Shown here piece by piece: positions 10,045 to 21,768 of a DNA stretch of 64,000 nt. A program made the position numbers and the translations under genes. Under the pieces are notes generated by a model. The model was not told the origin of the DNA and did not search any database. It saw only the letters and a list, made by a program, of their open reading frames with translations. This DNA is from Candidatus Zambryskibacteria bacterium RIFOXYD1_FULL_40_13 (GTDB taxonomy: Bacteria > Patescibacteriota > Minisyncoccia > Phycocordibacterales > DATDWN01): the NCBI GenBank assembly GCA_001824295.1, contig MHWY01000001.1, positions 5,034 to 69,033 on the forward strand. The letters are read 5' to 3'. The first letter of the stretch is position 1; each line of letters opens with the position of its first letter.

Positions 10045-10746
10045 ATGAGCATGGAAAAACTATCAGTACCAATAGCAATAGTAATCGCCGGTGGTTTAAT
10101 CGCCGGTGCTTTGTATTATTCAAACATTAAGACCCCAGCAAATGCAGTAGCAGACAACACCGCAAACAACGCAGTTAACAGCGCATCAGAAATGGCGCCA
10201 GTATCATCCAGTGACCACATTCTTGGAAATCCAAATGCTGAACTCATAATCGTTGAATATTCGGATACTGAGTGTCCATATTGTAAGGTATTTCATAACA
10301 CCATGAAGAGAGTCATGAACGAATATGGTCAGGATGGAAAAGTGGCCTGGGTATATCGTCACTTCCCTATTGAACAGCTCCACCTAAAGGCCCGCAAGGA
10401 GGCAGAGGCCACAGAATGTGCCTATGATCTTGGTGGTAATGAAAAATTCTGGGAGTACATAAATGCTCTATATGATTTAACAAACTCCAACGACTCACTA
10501 GATCCAGCCGAACTACCTAAAATTGCAAAAACAGTCGGTCTAGATGTTGAAGCTTTCAATGCTTGTCTATCAAGTAACAAAAATGCAGAAAAAATAGAAA
10601 CCAGTTATCAGGGTGCCATAAAAGCAGGAGCAAGAGGCACACCACACTCAATAATTGTTTCAAAAGACGGAACACTAACACCTGTAGATGGTGGAGCTAT
10701 TCCTTACGAAAATCTCAAGGAGATTATAGACGCACTACTCAAGTAA
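10045..10746 (+). CDS. DsbA-like thioredoxin-fold protein
   Basis: N-terminal TM, EYSDTECPYC, YRHFP, GTP. Confidence 0.92.
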   Translation: MSMEKLSVPIAIVIAGGLIAGALYYSNIKTPANAVADNTANNAVNSASEMAPVSSSDHILGNPNAELIIVEYSDTECPYCKVFHNTMKRVMNEYGQDGKVAWVYRHFPIEQLHLKARKEAEATECAYDLGGNEKFWEYINALYDLTNSNDSLDPAELPKIAKTVGLDVEAFNACLSSNKNAEKIETSYQGAIKAGARGTPHSIIVSKDGTLTPVDGGAIPYENLKEIIDALLK

Positions 10747-10758
10747 TAAGCGGATAAA

Positions 10759-10798
10759 TTCAACAAAATAACCCTATTTCTAGGGTTATTTTGTTGAA
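10759..10798. terminator. Bidirectional intrinsic terminator
   Basis: Perfect 18-bp stem ttcaacaaaataacccta/tagggttattttgttgaa between convergent genes. Confidence 0.85.
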
Positions 10799-10876
10799 CA
10801 AAGAAGGTTATTTTCAAACTGAATAAAACCGCTTATATCTGGACTATATTTGGCCACAACTGAAAATATAGATTAA

Positions 10877-13795
10877 TTATTTTAGTAATTTTCTGTAACC
10901 ACAATACTGACAATTAGGGTCACTGCAGTATTTTGTAGTTATTTCTCCACTCCAAACACTATCAACGAGAGATTTTATTTCGGCTTGTACACGACTAATA
11001 TCATCACTCTCAACCGGTAGTGTAACCACTGGACACCTGCCTTTATCATCAGGAGAAATGAAAACGAGTGATGTGTTTATGTTTTTTGATTGATAAAAAG
11101 AATTATTATTTAAAAGCATCTTATAAAAAACTAACTGTCTAAAATAATTGCCCTCACTATTTTGAGTCTCCCCTTTAATAGCAGCAACAGACATCCCCTG
11201 CCTTGTTTTATAATCAAATACAGACACAGCATTTCCATCATCCACAACAACATCAAGTTTGCCGTGTATATTTATAATTATTTTTTTTGCATCATATTTA
11301 ATATCCAAAGGGGCTTCAAACCATCTTTCGGTTGAAACTGAACCATTAGAGCTAAAATGTGAAACTAGTGCCTCTGCTACAAAATGAGCATCTTCTGAAA
11401 GCTCTGCTTTTAATCGCGTTTTATCTTCCTGAGATAAAAGTGATTTATTTATATATTCTGTGGTAGTAGATATTATTGTTTCTTCTGTTTGTTTTGGTGT
11501 ATTCTCTCTTTTTGTCCAAATCCTACGCATAGCCTCATGCATAGCACTGCCTTTTTCTGAAGACAATGATGGTGCCTGTGGCATCTTTAAAATACTTTCA
11601 TACAAAAACTTACTAGGACATTCCAAAAAGTGATTTAGGGCTGTAACAGATAATCCATTTTGAAGTAAAACTTTTTTGGCCTCACTTACCATAAGAGCAT
11701 CGTTTTCATTCTCAGTTATTTTTTCTTTTTTTAAATCACTTAGATGAACATCTTTTCTTTCTAAACAAGTTTCTGTAGTACAATCCTTGTGCAACTCACC
11801 TACAAAACGGAGAGGGGTTAACATTTTACCATCTGATTCTTCTGTTGAGTACAAAATGACCGCATGCTTACGCGCACGAGTTATCGCAACATAAAACAAC
11901 CTTCTTGTATCCCTAATATCATTATCATTTAATCCTCTGCCTGGCAAAACAAAAGATGAGCCGTGTGACCTACCAACCCAACTCTCCTCATTGGCATATG
12001 GTATAAAAACATAATCAAATTCCAAACCCTTAGAACCATGAGCTGTCATAGCTTTAATGGGAAAATCTGGGGCACCAACAGAGACTTTAACCGTTTTGGA
12101 TTCGGCCGATTGTCTGTATTTGAGCATCATATTCATAAGCTCTAGCGGACTTATTATGTCACCGTCACGAGCTAAAGATTCCGCCAGAGTGACAATACCC
12201 TTCCAAACATGAACAAAAGACGGATCTTTGGCGACAAGACCAACAAAACCAGATTCTTCAGCTAAATGAATAATCCCACTGACGGCACCGTCATGAAGCA
12301 TTTTTTCCCTAATACGTGAAATTGCTGGAATAAATGAATGAAGATTTTCCACCTGTCCAGATTTCAATAGATGGATAATTTCCAAAGATTTACCAAAAGA
12401 AACACCCCACATTCCGATAATCAAAGTTTTTGCTAAAAAATCAAAACGAGAAGGGTCGGCTATATATTCAATTAAATCGAAGAAAGCTATGCCCAACGGA
12501 TGATGAAATATATCAAGGCTTCTTTCAGAAGAGACAAGAATATTTTGCGATTCTAAAAGCCTAAGCACTCTCTCTAGCTCCCTATTTCTTCTTGTAATTA
12601 TGGCAACTGTTGCCTCTGGCTCTTTTCTTGAAATATCGCGTAATCTATCTACCAAATAGTGTTCAATGGCGGGAGTGTTTTCTCCAACAAGAATATCAAG
12701 AGGGTGAGCTTTTTCTTTATTACCAGATTTTAGTTTTTTTCTAAGATCAACATATTCACCTTCATCATAATTATTTTCTATCATGGCAAAACTAGCATCT
12801 AATATGCCTTGATGAGAACGATAGTTTGTATCAAGATTTATAACCTTCATACTGGGCCAGTGTTTTTGTAATTTTAGAAAGTTTTCAACAGAAGCACCCT
12901 GAAATCTGTATATGGCCTGTTTTTCATCTCCAACAATAAAAATATTCGGGGTCTCGAAAAATTCAGCAATGAGACTTATAATAAGGTTTTGTGAGTCATT
13001 TGTATCCTGGTGCTCATCAACCAAAAGATAAAGAAACCTTTCCTGTATAAGACGCAAAAGAAGTTCGTCCGTACGCATTGTCACCAAAAGTTCAATGATC
13101 AAATCATCGTAATCTTTCAATTTTGCCTCTTTTTTCTTTTCTTCATATTTTTTATAGACATCGGCAAATAAAAGGGTCTTATCAAGCTTTTCTAGTTTAT
13201 TCAAAGCATCAGCCTTTAACTTTCCTTTTGTTGCCCCTCTTGTGGAAATATTAGATTCATCATTTTTAATATTCTTAATTTCTTTTTTTACAAAATCACG
13301 CACATCTTCCGGAGTTAGGGCGTCTTTTTTTGCATCTGAAATGGTTTTTATTATAGAGGATATGTAAACATCTGGTCGCCCAATAGGACGAAGTGGAGCA
13401 AAAATAGATTCAGAAATAATGTCACGAATAAAAGACTCTTGATCAACATCAGTCATTTGTTTAAAGTCACCAATTCTTAAAAAGTGGTCTGGATATTCAG
13501 ACATCATCGCTGAGGCAAAACTATGAAATGTGTGAATGTAGACATCATGTGCACGGTTTCCAATAATTTCGCGTAATTTTTCACGCATTGCTCTAACCCC
13601 GGCATCTGTATAAGTAATGGCTAATATACCGTGAGCTGGTGTATCTGTTTTACGTAAAATTTCAGCAATACGCAAGGTTAGTATTGTTGTTTTACCGGTC
13701 CCTGGACCAGCAACAACTAAGACAGGACCATCTATTGTATCAACCGCCATCTTCTGCTCTTTATTAAGTTTTGCATACCTTTCCTCAAAAGACAT
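10877..13795 (-). CDS. UvrD/PcrA-like SF1 helicase fused to PD-(D/E)XK nuclease
   Basis: AGPGTGKT, VDEHQD, VGDEKQAIY, NYRS, YVAITRA; C-terminal GKLD...DYKT with Cys in LECP and CSDPNCQYC. Confidence 0.93.
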   Translation of the reverse strand: MSFEERYAKLNKEQKMAVDTIDGPVLVVAGPGTGKTTILTLRIAEILRKTDTPAHGILAITYTDAGVRAMREKLREIIGNRAHDVYIHTFHSFASAMMSEYPDHFLRIGDFKQMTDVDQESFIRDIISESIFAPLRPIGRPDVYISSIIKTISDAKKDALTPEDVRDFVKKEIKNIKNDESNISTRGATKGKLKADALNKLEKLDKTLLFADVYKKYEEKKKEAKLKDYDDLIIELLVTMRTDELLLRLIQERFLYLLVDEHQDTNDSQNLIISLIAEFFETPNIFIVGDEKQAIYRFQGASVENFLKLQKHWPSMKVINLDTNYRSHQGILDASFAMIENNYDEGEYVDLRKKLKSGNKEKAHPLDILVGENTPAIEHYLVDRLRDISRKEPEATVAIITRRNRELERVLRLLESQNILVSSERSLDIFHHPLGIAFFDLIEYIADPSRFDFLAKTLIIGMWGVSFGKSLEIIHLLKSGQVENLHSFIPAISRIREKMLHDGAVSGIIHLAEESGFVGLVAKDPSFVHVWKGIVTLAESLARDGDIISPLELMNMMLKYRQSAESKTVKVSVGAPDFPIKAMTAHGSKGLEFDYVFIPYANEESWVGRSHGSSFVLPGRGLNDNDIRDTRRLFYVAITRARKHAVILYSTEESDGKMLTPLRFVGELHKDCTTETCLERKDVHLSDLKKEKITENENDALMVSEAKKVLLQNGLSVTALNHFLECPSKFLYESILKMPQAPSLSSEKGSAMHEAMRRIWTKRENTPKQTEETIISTTTEYINKSLLSQEDKTRLKAELSEDAHFVAEALVSHFSSNGSVSTERWFEAPLDIKYDAKKIIINIHGKLDVVVDDGNAVSVFDYKTRQGMSVAAIKGETQNSEGNYFRQLVFYKMLLNNNSFYQSKNINTSLVFISPDDKGRCPVVTLPVESDDISRVQAEIKSLVDSVWSGEITTKYCSDPNCQYCGYRKLLK

Positions 13796-13877
13796 ACATA
13801 TAGGATAGCACGAATTTTATGGTACGAAAAAAGTCTTGTGCGTGCTTGGGGGGCCACGATGCCCCCCACACAAGACC

Positions 13878-14054
13878 TCAGAGATGCCCACGAAGGTAGA
13901 CTGCCTGCTCCTCTTCTGGTAGTGGAACCTTGTCAGCGTCCACTTCCCAGAGAAGACACCCGCCACATTTCTCACTTCGACAGATGTAGTAACTCTGTTG
14001 AACAATGTACACTTCACACCCACAAAAAGGACAGATTTTTTTGTCGTCTTCCAT
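13878..14054 (-). CDS. Small zinc-ribbon protein
   Basis: CPFC and CRSEKC; GGGGGA SD; hairpin plus T run downstream. Confidence 0.5.
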   Translation of the reverse strand: MEDDKKICPFCGCEVYIVQQSYYICRSEKCGGCLLWEVDADKVPLPEEEQAVYLRGHL

Positions 14055-14178
14055 GTGTCCCCCAAAAAACAAAAGTGACCCAACGGGTCACACCCACAAG
14101 ATAATAACACAATTCCTCTATACGAAAAACCCCGTGCGCTGAGGGACCCCACGTTGGGTCCCGCGCACGAGGCATGTA

Positions 14179-14745
14179 CTATCTGTTGGTACGCCTCAGA
14201 GAGACGAGGACGATAATTCCACACAGAATAGCACAGGAAAAGGGATACAACCTCTCTTCGACAGTCCAACCCTTACCACCTACCACTGACAACACATTGA
14301 CAAAGGTATAGCCAGTGTAGATGAGCCAGGGTGATTCCTCTGGCCTACGCCACGAATCCCGAAGTTGAGGGAAACCACCAAGGACAACGCCGGTTGTGGA
14401 TAGCACTGTGGCAAGCCAGGGGTTGTCGTATCCCCAAACGATGACACACCACGCGGTCAGACAAACCACAACCAGTATCGAAACTCTCGTTTCCACTCTG
14501 GTCCAGTTATAGTTGCCGGACTTCAGGATGCACGTAACGACAAGCGTACACCCAAAGACATAGGCAACTGGTAGCTGAAAATTTCCGCCCGCCACAAAGA
14601 TTGATGCACCCGCAAAAGCATCAAGTGACCCCCACAAGATAAAAGTCGCAAGATTCTGCGTTACTTTCCTCGTGAGAATCTGATACGAGAGAGGGAGGTA
14701 GAGGATGAGTGCTACGACGACGCTCACCTTCTGGTAAATATTCAC
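14179..14745 (-). CDS. Multi-pass membrane protein (PQ-loop-like)
   Basis: 6-7 TM helices, FPQLRDSWRRP; AGGAGG SD before GTG 14745. Confidence 0.7.
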   Translation of the reverse strand: MNIYQKVSVVVALILYLPLSYQILTRKVTQNLATFILWGSLDAFAGASIFVAGGNFQLPVAYVFGCTLVVTCILKSGNYNWTRVETRVSILVVVCLTAWCVIVWGYDNPWLATVLSTTGVVLGGFPQLRDSWRRPEESPWLIYTGYTFVNVLSVVGGKGWTVEERLYPFSCAILCGIIVLVSLRRTNR

Positions 14746-14853
14746 TGTGACCCCTCCTGTTTGCTCATGGGCAACATACCCACCCACCTTAAAGATTAAC
14801 ATTTAATATGCTGATTGTCAAATAACTCATAGTCTTAAAGAGTCCAAAGTTAA

Positions 14854-14881
14854 ACAAAACCCAACACTTGTTGGGTTTTGT
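14854..14881 (-). terminator. Terminator after rpoD
   Basis: acaaaacccaaca/tgttgggttttgt hairpin. Confidence 0.7.
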
Positions 14882-14917
14882 ATCTCCGAAAATATATTCT
14901 ATGAAAAAACTCAATAA

Positions 14918-16213
14918 CTAGAAATAATTACGTAAGCGATTTATTTTATCATGCTGTCTAATCTTTTCATGGGCCTTGGCCTCAATTTGTCTTATACGTT
15001 CTCGGGTCACACCAAACTCCCTGCCCACTTCTTCAAGCGTGTGTGTTACACCATCAACAAGTCCATGACGAAGCTCTAAGATTTTTCTTTCCTTTTCTGG
15101 TAAGTCATTCAATATTTCCTTCACCTGGTCTGATATTATTCTTCTTGATGACTCCATTTCTGGTGAAAGAATCTTCTCGTCCGCAAGGAAATCTCCAAGC
15201 TTACTCTTGCTCTCATCCCCATCCTCCCCGATTGGACTCTCTAGAGAGAGGGTGCTTTGGTCTATTTTCTCTATTGTATATACCTTATCAACAGAAAGAT
15301 TCATTTCAATAGCAATCTCCTCTGGTAGTGGGTCTCTCCCCAAGTCTTGCGATAGTCTTCTGACGACCTGTTTATACTTGGCAATAGTCTCCACCATGTG
15401 AACTGGTACACGAATAGTTCTGGACTGGTCTGCCAGGGCACGGGTTATGGCCTGACGAATCCACCATGTGGCATAGGTTGAAAACTTATAACCCTTTGTC
15501 CAGTCAAACTTACTTACAGCCTTAAATAATCCTAAGTTTCCTTCTTGAATCAAATCAAGCAGAGTTAAATCAGGACTTCGATTTGCATATTTCTTGGCAA
15601 TAGAAACCACAAGACGAAGGTTGGCCCTGGCCAAAAGGTTTATGGCCTCAACGTCCCCCTTTTCTATTCGCTTTGCCAGCTCTTTTTCCATCCCTCCAGA
15701 AATCAGCTGGTATTGACCAATCTCTTTGAGATACATCTGGATAGAATCGTAGGAAGACTCACTGTTTCGCCCATAAGCATATTTTTTATTTATAAGGTCT
15801 TCATTTGATGAGCTCTCAAGCAATCCTCCTCCTTCTAGAATGTCCACGCCACTTTCAGACAACTTTTCGTATAATTCATCAAGAAAAATTATGTCGTCTT
15901 CTACCGTGGGAAACTCTTTTAATATTTCATCATAAGTAACATAGCCACGTTCCTTGCCCTTAGCCAGGAGCCTCACCATCCCCTCACCCTGCCTATCAGA
16001 TTTCTTCATGGCTGGAGCCTTCTTTTGGACAACGGTTTTCGCAGCACGCATTGCAAGCGAGGTTTTGTTTTTCTTTTTCTTTCTTACCTTTGGTACAACG
16101 AACCTCTTTGTCTTCTTTGCCTTTATTTTGGCTTTTACCAATTTCTTGGCAGACTTTCGTGGCTTACGCCTTGTCTCTTTACCTTTTTTTATCTTTATTT
16201 TTTTATTTTTCAT
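14918..16213 (-). CDS. rpoD: Primary sigma factor (sigma-70) with Lys-rich N-terminal extension
   Basis: [46 protein letters not shown]. Confidence 0.97.
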   Translation of the reverse strand: MKNKKIKIKKGKETRRKPRKSAKKLVKAKIKAKKTKRFVVPKVRKKKKNKTSLAMRAAKTVVQKKAPAMKKSDRQGEGMVRLLAKGKERGYVTYDEILKEFPTVEDDIIFLDELYEKLSESGVDILEGGGLLESSSNEDLINKKYAYGRNSESSYDSIQMYLKEIGQYQLISGGMEKELAKRIEKGDVEAINLLARANLRLVVSIAKKYANRSPDLTLLDLIQEGNLGLFKAVSKFDWTKGYKFSTYATWWIRQAITRALADQSRTIRVPVHMVETIAKYKQVVRRLSQDLGRDPLPEEIAIEMNLSVDKVYTIEKIDQSTLSLESPIGEDGDESKSKLGDFLADEKILSPEMESSRRIISDQVKEILNDLPEKERKILELRHGLVDGVTHTLEEVGREFGVTRERIRQIEAKAHEKIRQHDKINRLRNYF

Positions 16214-17927
16214 AACTGTTTTTAATATTATTTATTTGTTTTGAAATATCCTGACATTCTTCCAAATATTTTCTTATCTCAACCTCATCCTTTTTTTGTT
16301 CAGCTCTCTGAAGATTTGCCATGGCAGATGCAAATCTTTGTTTCAGATGTTCTTCCTCAAACCCAGAAACTAGCTGCTCTATCTCCTTGTTTGAGCTTGG
16401 CTTTCCACCATAATAACTTTCTACCTCAAACAACAGAGAATCCCTATCGTTTTTATATTTGTCTTCCAAACCCACAGCTCTCTCTCCCAAAATGTTCTGA
16501 ATTCTTTGTTCTATCTCTAAAATATTCAAGTCCTCTATCTTTCCCGAGCTTTCCTTTTGCCACATTATAATTCCGATAATCTTTCTTTCCATTTCATCTA
16601 TCCGCTTAAGTGGTGGTGATGATGTATTTCCGGTCGTGGACACGATTGAATCTGGTCGTATTTTTTTCAAATCATCCCAGAGGGCTTCCTCATTTAAGAA
16701 AGTTTTCCTCATAATACTTTTAATAAAATGTGCCTTGTCTATTTGGTTTGCCAGTTGTGCAACATAAGGAAGGACGTGCTTTCGTATTTCCATGTTCAGA
16801 TTATAGTTAAGGTTTCTTGGATCAAGACCTTTGGTCGTCAGCATGTCGGTATAAAAATCAATAATATGTTTTGAATCAGAAAGTAGAGATTTTAGGAGTT
16901 CAACATCCTCTCTTGCCAAATCTGCCGGGTCCTTCCCTTCTGGCATTGAAACTAGTTTCAAGTCCATCCCAAGAGAAAGCGCAATCTTTCCAGCACGATT
17001 GGAGGCTACAAATCCCGCAGAATCACCATCAAAGAACATTTTTATGTTATTTGAAAGTCTTTGCAGTTTTATCAAGTGGTTGGGAGTTAGAGCTGTTCCT
17101 GATGAGGCGACTGCGTTTGTCATACCTATCTGATGCAACATTATGAGATCCATTTGTCCCTCAACTAATATAGAATAATCCCGAAGTCTTATATCTTTCT
17201 TTGCCTTATCCAAACCAAAAAGAATCTCTGATTTGTTAAATAAAACTGTTTCTGGGCTGTTAAGATATTTCGGCGATTTATCATCCGAAACAAGAATTCT
17301 TCCAGAAAACCCAACTGGCCTACCTGAAGAATCGTTTATCGGAAACATTATTCTTCCTCTAAATGTGTCATAGTACGAGGTTGTCCCCTCTTTCTGTTTT
17401 ATTAGCCCCACAGCAAGCATGTCTTTCTCACCTATCTCTCTTCCCGAAAGATAATCAAATAGTTCACGCCAGTCAGCTGGAGCAAAACCAATACGAAAAT
17501 CTTTGATAGTTTTCTCTGACACCCCTCTATTTTTGAGATAATCTTGAGCTTCTTTATTATCTGAAAATTTCTTTTGATAGAAGAACACGGCTTGCTCTAA
17601 AACAGAATGTAATCTTTGCTTTTCGGTCTTTTCTCCAACGTTGTAACTTTCCAAAACGACACCCGCCTGGTCAGCCAAGACCTTCAAACTACCTATAAAA
17701 TCAAGTCCTTCAAATTCTTGTACAAAGGTAAATATATCCCCCTTTGCCTGACAACCGAAACAGTAATAACTGCCTCTGTCTGGTGAGACAAAGAAGGAGG
17801 GTGTTTTTTCGTTATGGAATGGGCACCTGCCCTTATAATTTGTTCCAGCTTTTTCTAGTTTTATATAACTAGAAATCAGCGAGACAATATCTATTTTTGA
17901 TTTGATTTGGTCAACAGATGAGGACAT
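16203..17927 (-). CDS. dnaG: DNA primase
   Basis: [11 protein letters not shown] zinc finger, [19 protein letters not shown] and DGD. Confidence 0.97.
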   Translation of the reverse strand: MSSSVDQIKSKIDIVSLISSYIKLEKAGTNYKGRCPFHNEKTPSFFVSPDRGSYYCFGCQAKGDIFTFVQEFEGLDFIGSLKVLADQAGVVLESYNVGEKTEKQRLHSVLEQAVFFYQKKFSDNKEAQDYLKNRGVSEKTIKDFRIGFAPADWRELFDYLSGREIGEKDMLAVGLIKQKEGTTSYYDTFRGRIMFPINDSSGRPVGFSGRILVSDDKSPKYLNSPETVLFNKSEILFGLDKAKKDIRLRDYSILVEGQMDLIMLHQIGMTNAVASSGTALTPNHLIKLQRLSNNIKMFFDGDSAGFVASNRAGKIALSLGMDLKLVSMPEGKDPADLAREDVELLKSLLSDSKHIIDFYTDMLTTKGLDPRNLNYNLNMEIRKHVLPYVAQLANQIDKAHFIKSIMRKTFLNEEALWDDLKKIRPDSIVSTTGNTSSPPLKRIDEMERKIIGIIMWQKESSGKIEDLNILEIEQRIQNILGERAVGLEDKYKNDRDSLLFEVESYYGGKPSSNKEIEQLVSGFEEEHLKQRFASAMANLQRAEQKKDEVEIRKYLEECQDISKQINNIKNSYEK

Positions 17928-18046
17928 GAGGTTTTAATGTCTAATTGACCTAATCGTTCTAATTTCTAAATAAATCCCCGATTCTTAAACCTTGAATATA
18001 AAACGAGGGGTTTTATTTAGGTTAATTAGAATAATTAGAAATTAGG

Positions 18047-21000
18047 TTAATTGAATCTGTCTCTGTTTTCTACAATTTCGGGTCTGTTTGCTCTCATTTC
18101 TGCAATCATCTCGTACTTCTTACTACCTTTGAAACCTGTACCAGCTGGAATAAGTCTTCCAAGAATAACATTCTCCATGAGACCCGCAAGCTTGTCGGCT
18201 GTACCCTTGATTGCACTTGAGATAAGCATTCTGGTTGTGTGCTGAAATGATGCTGCGGCCAAGAAACTCTTTCGTGAAAGAGAAACATCAGTGATACCCA
18301 TAACCACCCCTTCGGCCGTAGCAATCTCAAGTCCAAGCTCTTTGACTCTTGCGTTTTCTTCAGCAAGGAATGCTAGCTCTACTAAATCTCCCTCAAGGAA
18401 GACGGTGTCTCCAGGATTTTTGATTTTCTTTCGCGAGAACATCTGCCTTACGATTGTCTCGATGTGTTTTCTGGACACATTTTCACCTTGTAATTCGTAT
18501 GGTTTGTTAATTTCATGAATAATGTAATCGACAGTTTTGTCTTTACCTGCATATTTGTATAGTTCATCAATATCTGCAGAACCATCCGTAATCATGTCTC
18601 CCTTCTTAACCTCGTCTCCCACAGAAACCAAGATGGTACGGTTGAGTGAAATCGAGTATTCAATCTTATCTTTACTCTTTGTTCTATCTTCTATATTTGG
18701 TGTTATAACAATAGCCTTTTCCTTGTCAGTAATCCTAATATCTGAAACTGTTCCTGAGACAGAGCAAACAACCGCTGGGTTCTTTGGTTTTCTCTTCTCA
18801 AACAACTCTTCAACTCTTGGAAGACCCGAGATAATATCTCCACCGACAGATGCCGCACCTCCGGCGTGTTTCGTGTTCATAGAAAGCTGTGTTCCTGGCT
18901 CACCAATAGCTTGTCCCGCTATTGTTCCAACGGCCTCTCCAAGTTCAACCACTTTGTTTTTACCCAAGTCCGCTCCATAACACTTTACACAAATACCATT
19001 GAGGGTTTTACATGAAAGTGGAGACCTGACAGTGACAGAAGTGATACCGGCCGTTTCTATAGCCTGTGCATCTTTCTTGCTTAACAAATCATCCTTTTTA
19101 AACAAGACCTTACCATCTGCAGTTACTACATCCTTTGCAAGAAATCTGCCTTTAATATGTTTTACTATAGGAACTTCTATGCCTGATATAGCAAACTTAT
19201 CAATAACGACACCTTCTTTTGTTCCACAATCTTCTTCCGTAATAATAGTATCCTGTGCCACAACGAACATCTTTCTTGTTAGGTATCCTGATTTTGCTGT
19301 GTTTAGTGCGGTGTCAGTCAGACCTTTTCGTGAACCGTGAGTAGTAATGAAATACTCAAGTGGTGTAAGACCTTCCTTTGAACAAGATATGATTGGAAAC
19401 TCAATAGTTTCACCCTCAATATTTGTAATAAGTCCTTGCATTCCGGCCATTTGAGTAATGTTACCCATAGAACCTCTAGCTCCAGAATAAACCATGTCTC
19501 CAACTGAACCATTTTTTGGAAGTGTTTCCGGCATTAATTTTTCCAGCTCCGCTTTCGCTCCATGCCATATCTCTATTATCTGTCTCAATCTTTCCTCCTT
19601 TGAAATAAGACCCATGTTGAAATGCTCAACGATAACTTTGGCTTTCTCTTTTGAATTCAAAATGATGTCTTTTTTCCCTTCTGGAATAATAATATCATCA
19701 ATGCCCCAAGTTGTTCCAGAGTGAGTTGCATATTTGAATCCAAAGCTCTTTATTTGGTCAATAATTTTTGGCACATTTTCAATGCTATATTTCTCTATAA
19801 GGTCATCCACTAGTGATACTGTTTTCTTTTTGTTTATTTCACTATTTATGAATGGATAGTCGTTTGGAAGAACAGAGTTGAAAAGCAGTCTTCCTACTGT
19901 TGTCTCAAAAAGCTTACCATCAAATATGTTGTACTTCTCTGAGCTTGATGGCAAAACTTTTATCTTTGCTCTAAACGATACTGCATTAAGGTCGTAGGCA
20001 GTAATAGCGGCGTTAGGAGATGAGAAGAATTTTCCTTCTCCTTTTTCACCTGTAATTTCCTTTGTCATCCAGTAACAACCAAGTACAATATCAAGCATTT
20101 TTGCTGACACTGTTGGGTCACCGGAACCAGGCTTTAGAATGTTTTTGTCTGAAGCCATTATTTCACGAGCCTCAAGTTGAGCCTCATCGGACAGAGGAAC
20201 ATGAACGGCCATTTGGTCACCGTCGAAGTCAGCGTTGAAGGCAGAACATACAAGTGGGTGAAGTTGAATAGCATTTCCTTCGATTAGGATTGGTTTGAAT
20301 GCTTGAATACCCAGTCTGTGCAAAGTCGGTGCACGGTTTAGCAAAACATATTTGTTAGCGATTACCTCCTCCAGTATTGCCCACACTTCAGGAATTCCAT
20401 CTTCAATAAGTTTTGACGCACCTCTTATGTTGTAAGCAAGTTCTTTTTGTAAAATCTGAGAAATAATAAAAGGTTTAAATAACTCCAAGGCCATGTGCTT
20501 TGGCAAACCACACTGATTAAGGTGCAAATCTGGACCAACAACAATCACGGAGCGTCCAGAGTAGTCCACTCTTTTTCCAAGAAGGTTTTGACGGAAAATA
20601 CCCCTCTTACCCTTCAAGTTATCGGCAATAGATTTTAGTGGTCGTCTTTGGGATTGATTAATTGCGCCGGATGCAGAACCGTGTCTTATGGTGTTATCGA
20701 TAAGAGCGTCAACTGCCTCCTGCAGAATTCTTTTTTCGTTTCTCAGAATAACATCAGGAGCATGAATCTCCTTCAGTTTCTTTAGACGATTATTTCTATT
20801 TATAACTCGTCTATAAAGGTCGTTTACGTCTGATGTCGCATACCTACCACCATCAAGCGGAACCATAGGTCTCAGTGCGGGTGGCATAACAGGAATATTT
20901 ATTAGAAACATCCACTCCGGCCTTATGTTTGAATTTATCATTGAACCAACAACTCCGATTCTTTTGTTTATTTTTACGGCATCCAAACTACTTGCCTTTT

Positions 21001-21724
21001 CTAGCTCTTTCTCAAGTTGTTCTAGTAACTTGTGAAGGTCAAGTTTCTTGAATATGTTGTAGATAGCTTCGGCACCAATGCTTGCTTCGAACATTGTCCC
21101 GTATTTCATTCCGAAATTGTAGTATTCAACCTCGTCCAAAACTCTGCCTTCTTGTATTGATTCAATCTCTCGTTTTGCGTTGAGAAGCATTTCCTTGACA
21201 GCTTCCTTGGTCTTCTCGTCTTGTAGAGACTTAACCTTGGCTTTATATTCTGAATCAAGGTCTTTTAGTGTTCTTGTCCTGTCTTCTTCAGAAACTTTTG
21301 TAATAATATATCCGGCAAAGTAAATCACCTTCTCAAGGTCTGCTGTGGGAATACCCAAAATCGTACTAATACGACTTGGCATTGATTTCAAAAACCATAT
21401 GTGTGAGACGACTGTTGCAAGCTCAATATGACCCATTCTCTCTCGTCTAACGATTGAACGAGTTATCTCCACTCCACATTTTTCACAGACGATACCTTTG
21501 TAGCGAATTCCACGATACTTTCCACAGTAACATTCGTAATCCTTATCTGGACCGAAGATTTTTTCATCAAACAAACCGTTTTTCTCACTTCTTTGGGTTC
21601 TGTAGTTTATCGTCTCTGGCTTTGTTACTTCACCAAAAGACCACTCCTTGATTCTCTCAGGGGAAGCGATTTTCAATGCAATTGTTTCGAAATCGTTTGA
21701 GTCTGTTGTTGTTCTTGTTTTCAT
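18047..21724 (-). CDS. rpoC: RNA polymerase beta' subunit
   Basis: NADFDGDQM, GKRVDYSGRS, N-terminal zinc finger. Confidence 0.99.
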   Translation of the reverse strand: MKTRTTTDSNDFETIALKIASPERIKEWSFGEVTKPETINYRTQRSEKNGLFDEKIFGPDKDYECYCGKYRGIRYKGIVCEKCGVEITRSIVRRERMGHIELATVVSHIWFLKSMPSRISTILGIPTADLEKVIYFAGYIITKVSEEDRTRTLKDLDSEYKAKVKSLQDEKTKEAVKEMLLNAKREIESIQEGRVLDEVEYYNFGMKYGTMFEASIGAEAIYNIFKKLDLHKLLEQLEKELEKASSLDAVKINKRIGVVGSMINSNIRPEWMFLINIPVMPPALRPMVPLDGGRYATSDVNDLYRRVINRNNRLKKLKEIHAPDVILRNEKRILQEAVDALIDNTIRHGSASGAINQSQRRPLKSIADNLKGKRGIFRQNLLGKRVDYSGRSVIVVGPDLHLNQCGLPKHMALELFKPFIISQILQKELAYNIRGASKLIEDGIPEVWAILEEVIANKYVLLNRAPTLHRLGIQAFKPILIEGNAIQLHPLVCSAFNADFDGDQMAVHVPLSDEAQLEAREIMASDKNILKPGSGDPTVSAKMLDIVLGCYWMTKEITGEKGEGKFFSSPNAAITAYDLNAVSFRAKIKVLPSSSEKYNIFDGKLFETTVGRLLFNSVLPNDYPFINSEINKKKTVSLVDDLIEKYSIENVPKIIDQIKSFGFKYATHSGTTWGIDDIIIPEGKKDIILNSKEKAKVIVEHFNMGLISKEERLRQIIEIWHGAKAELEKLMPETLPKNGSVGDMVYSGARGSMGNITQMAGMQGLITNIEGETIEFPIISCSKEGLTPLEYFITTHGSRKGLTDTALNTAKSGYLTRKMFVVAQDTIITEEDCGTKEGVVIDKFAISGIEVPIVKHIKGRFLAKDVVTADGKVLFKKDDLLSKKDAQAIETAGITSVTVRSPLSCKTLNGICVKCYGADLGKNKVVELGEAVGTIAGQAIGEPGTQLSMNTKHAGGAASVGGDIISGLPRVEELFEKRKPKNPAVVCSVSGTVSDIRITDKEKAIVITPNIEDRTKSKDKIEYSISLNRTILVSVGDEVKKGDMITDGSADIDELYKYAGKDKTVDYIIHEINKPYELQGENVSRKHIETIVRQMFSRKKIKNPGDTVFLEGDLVELAFLAEENARVKELGLEIATAEGVVMGITDVSLSRKSFLAAASFQHTTRMLISSAIKGTADKLAGLMENVILGRLIPAGTGFKGSKKYEMIAEMRANRPEIVENRDRFN

Positions 21725-21768
21725 AATGTTAGTTAAAAGTTAAAAGTTTTAATAAAGTAGAAAAGATT

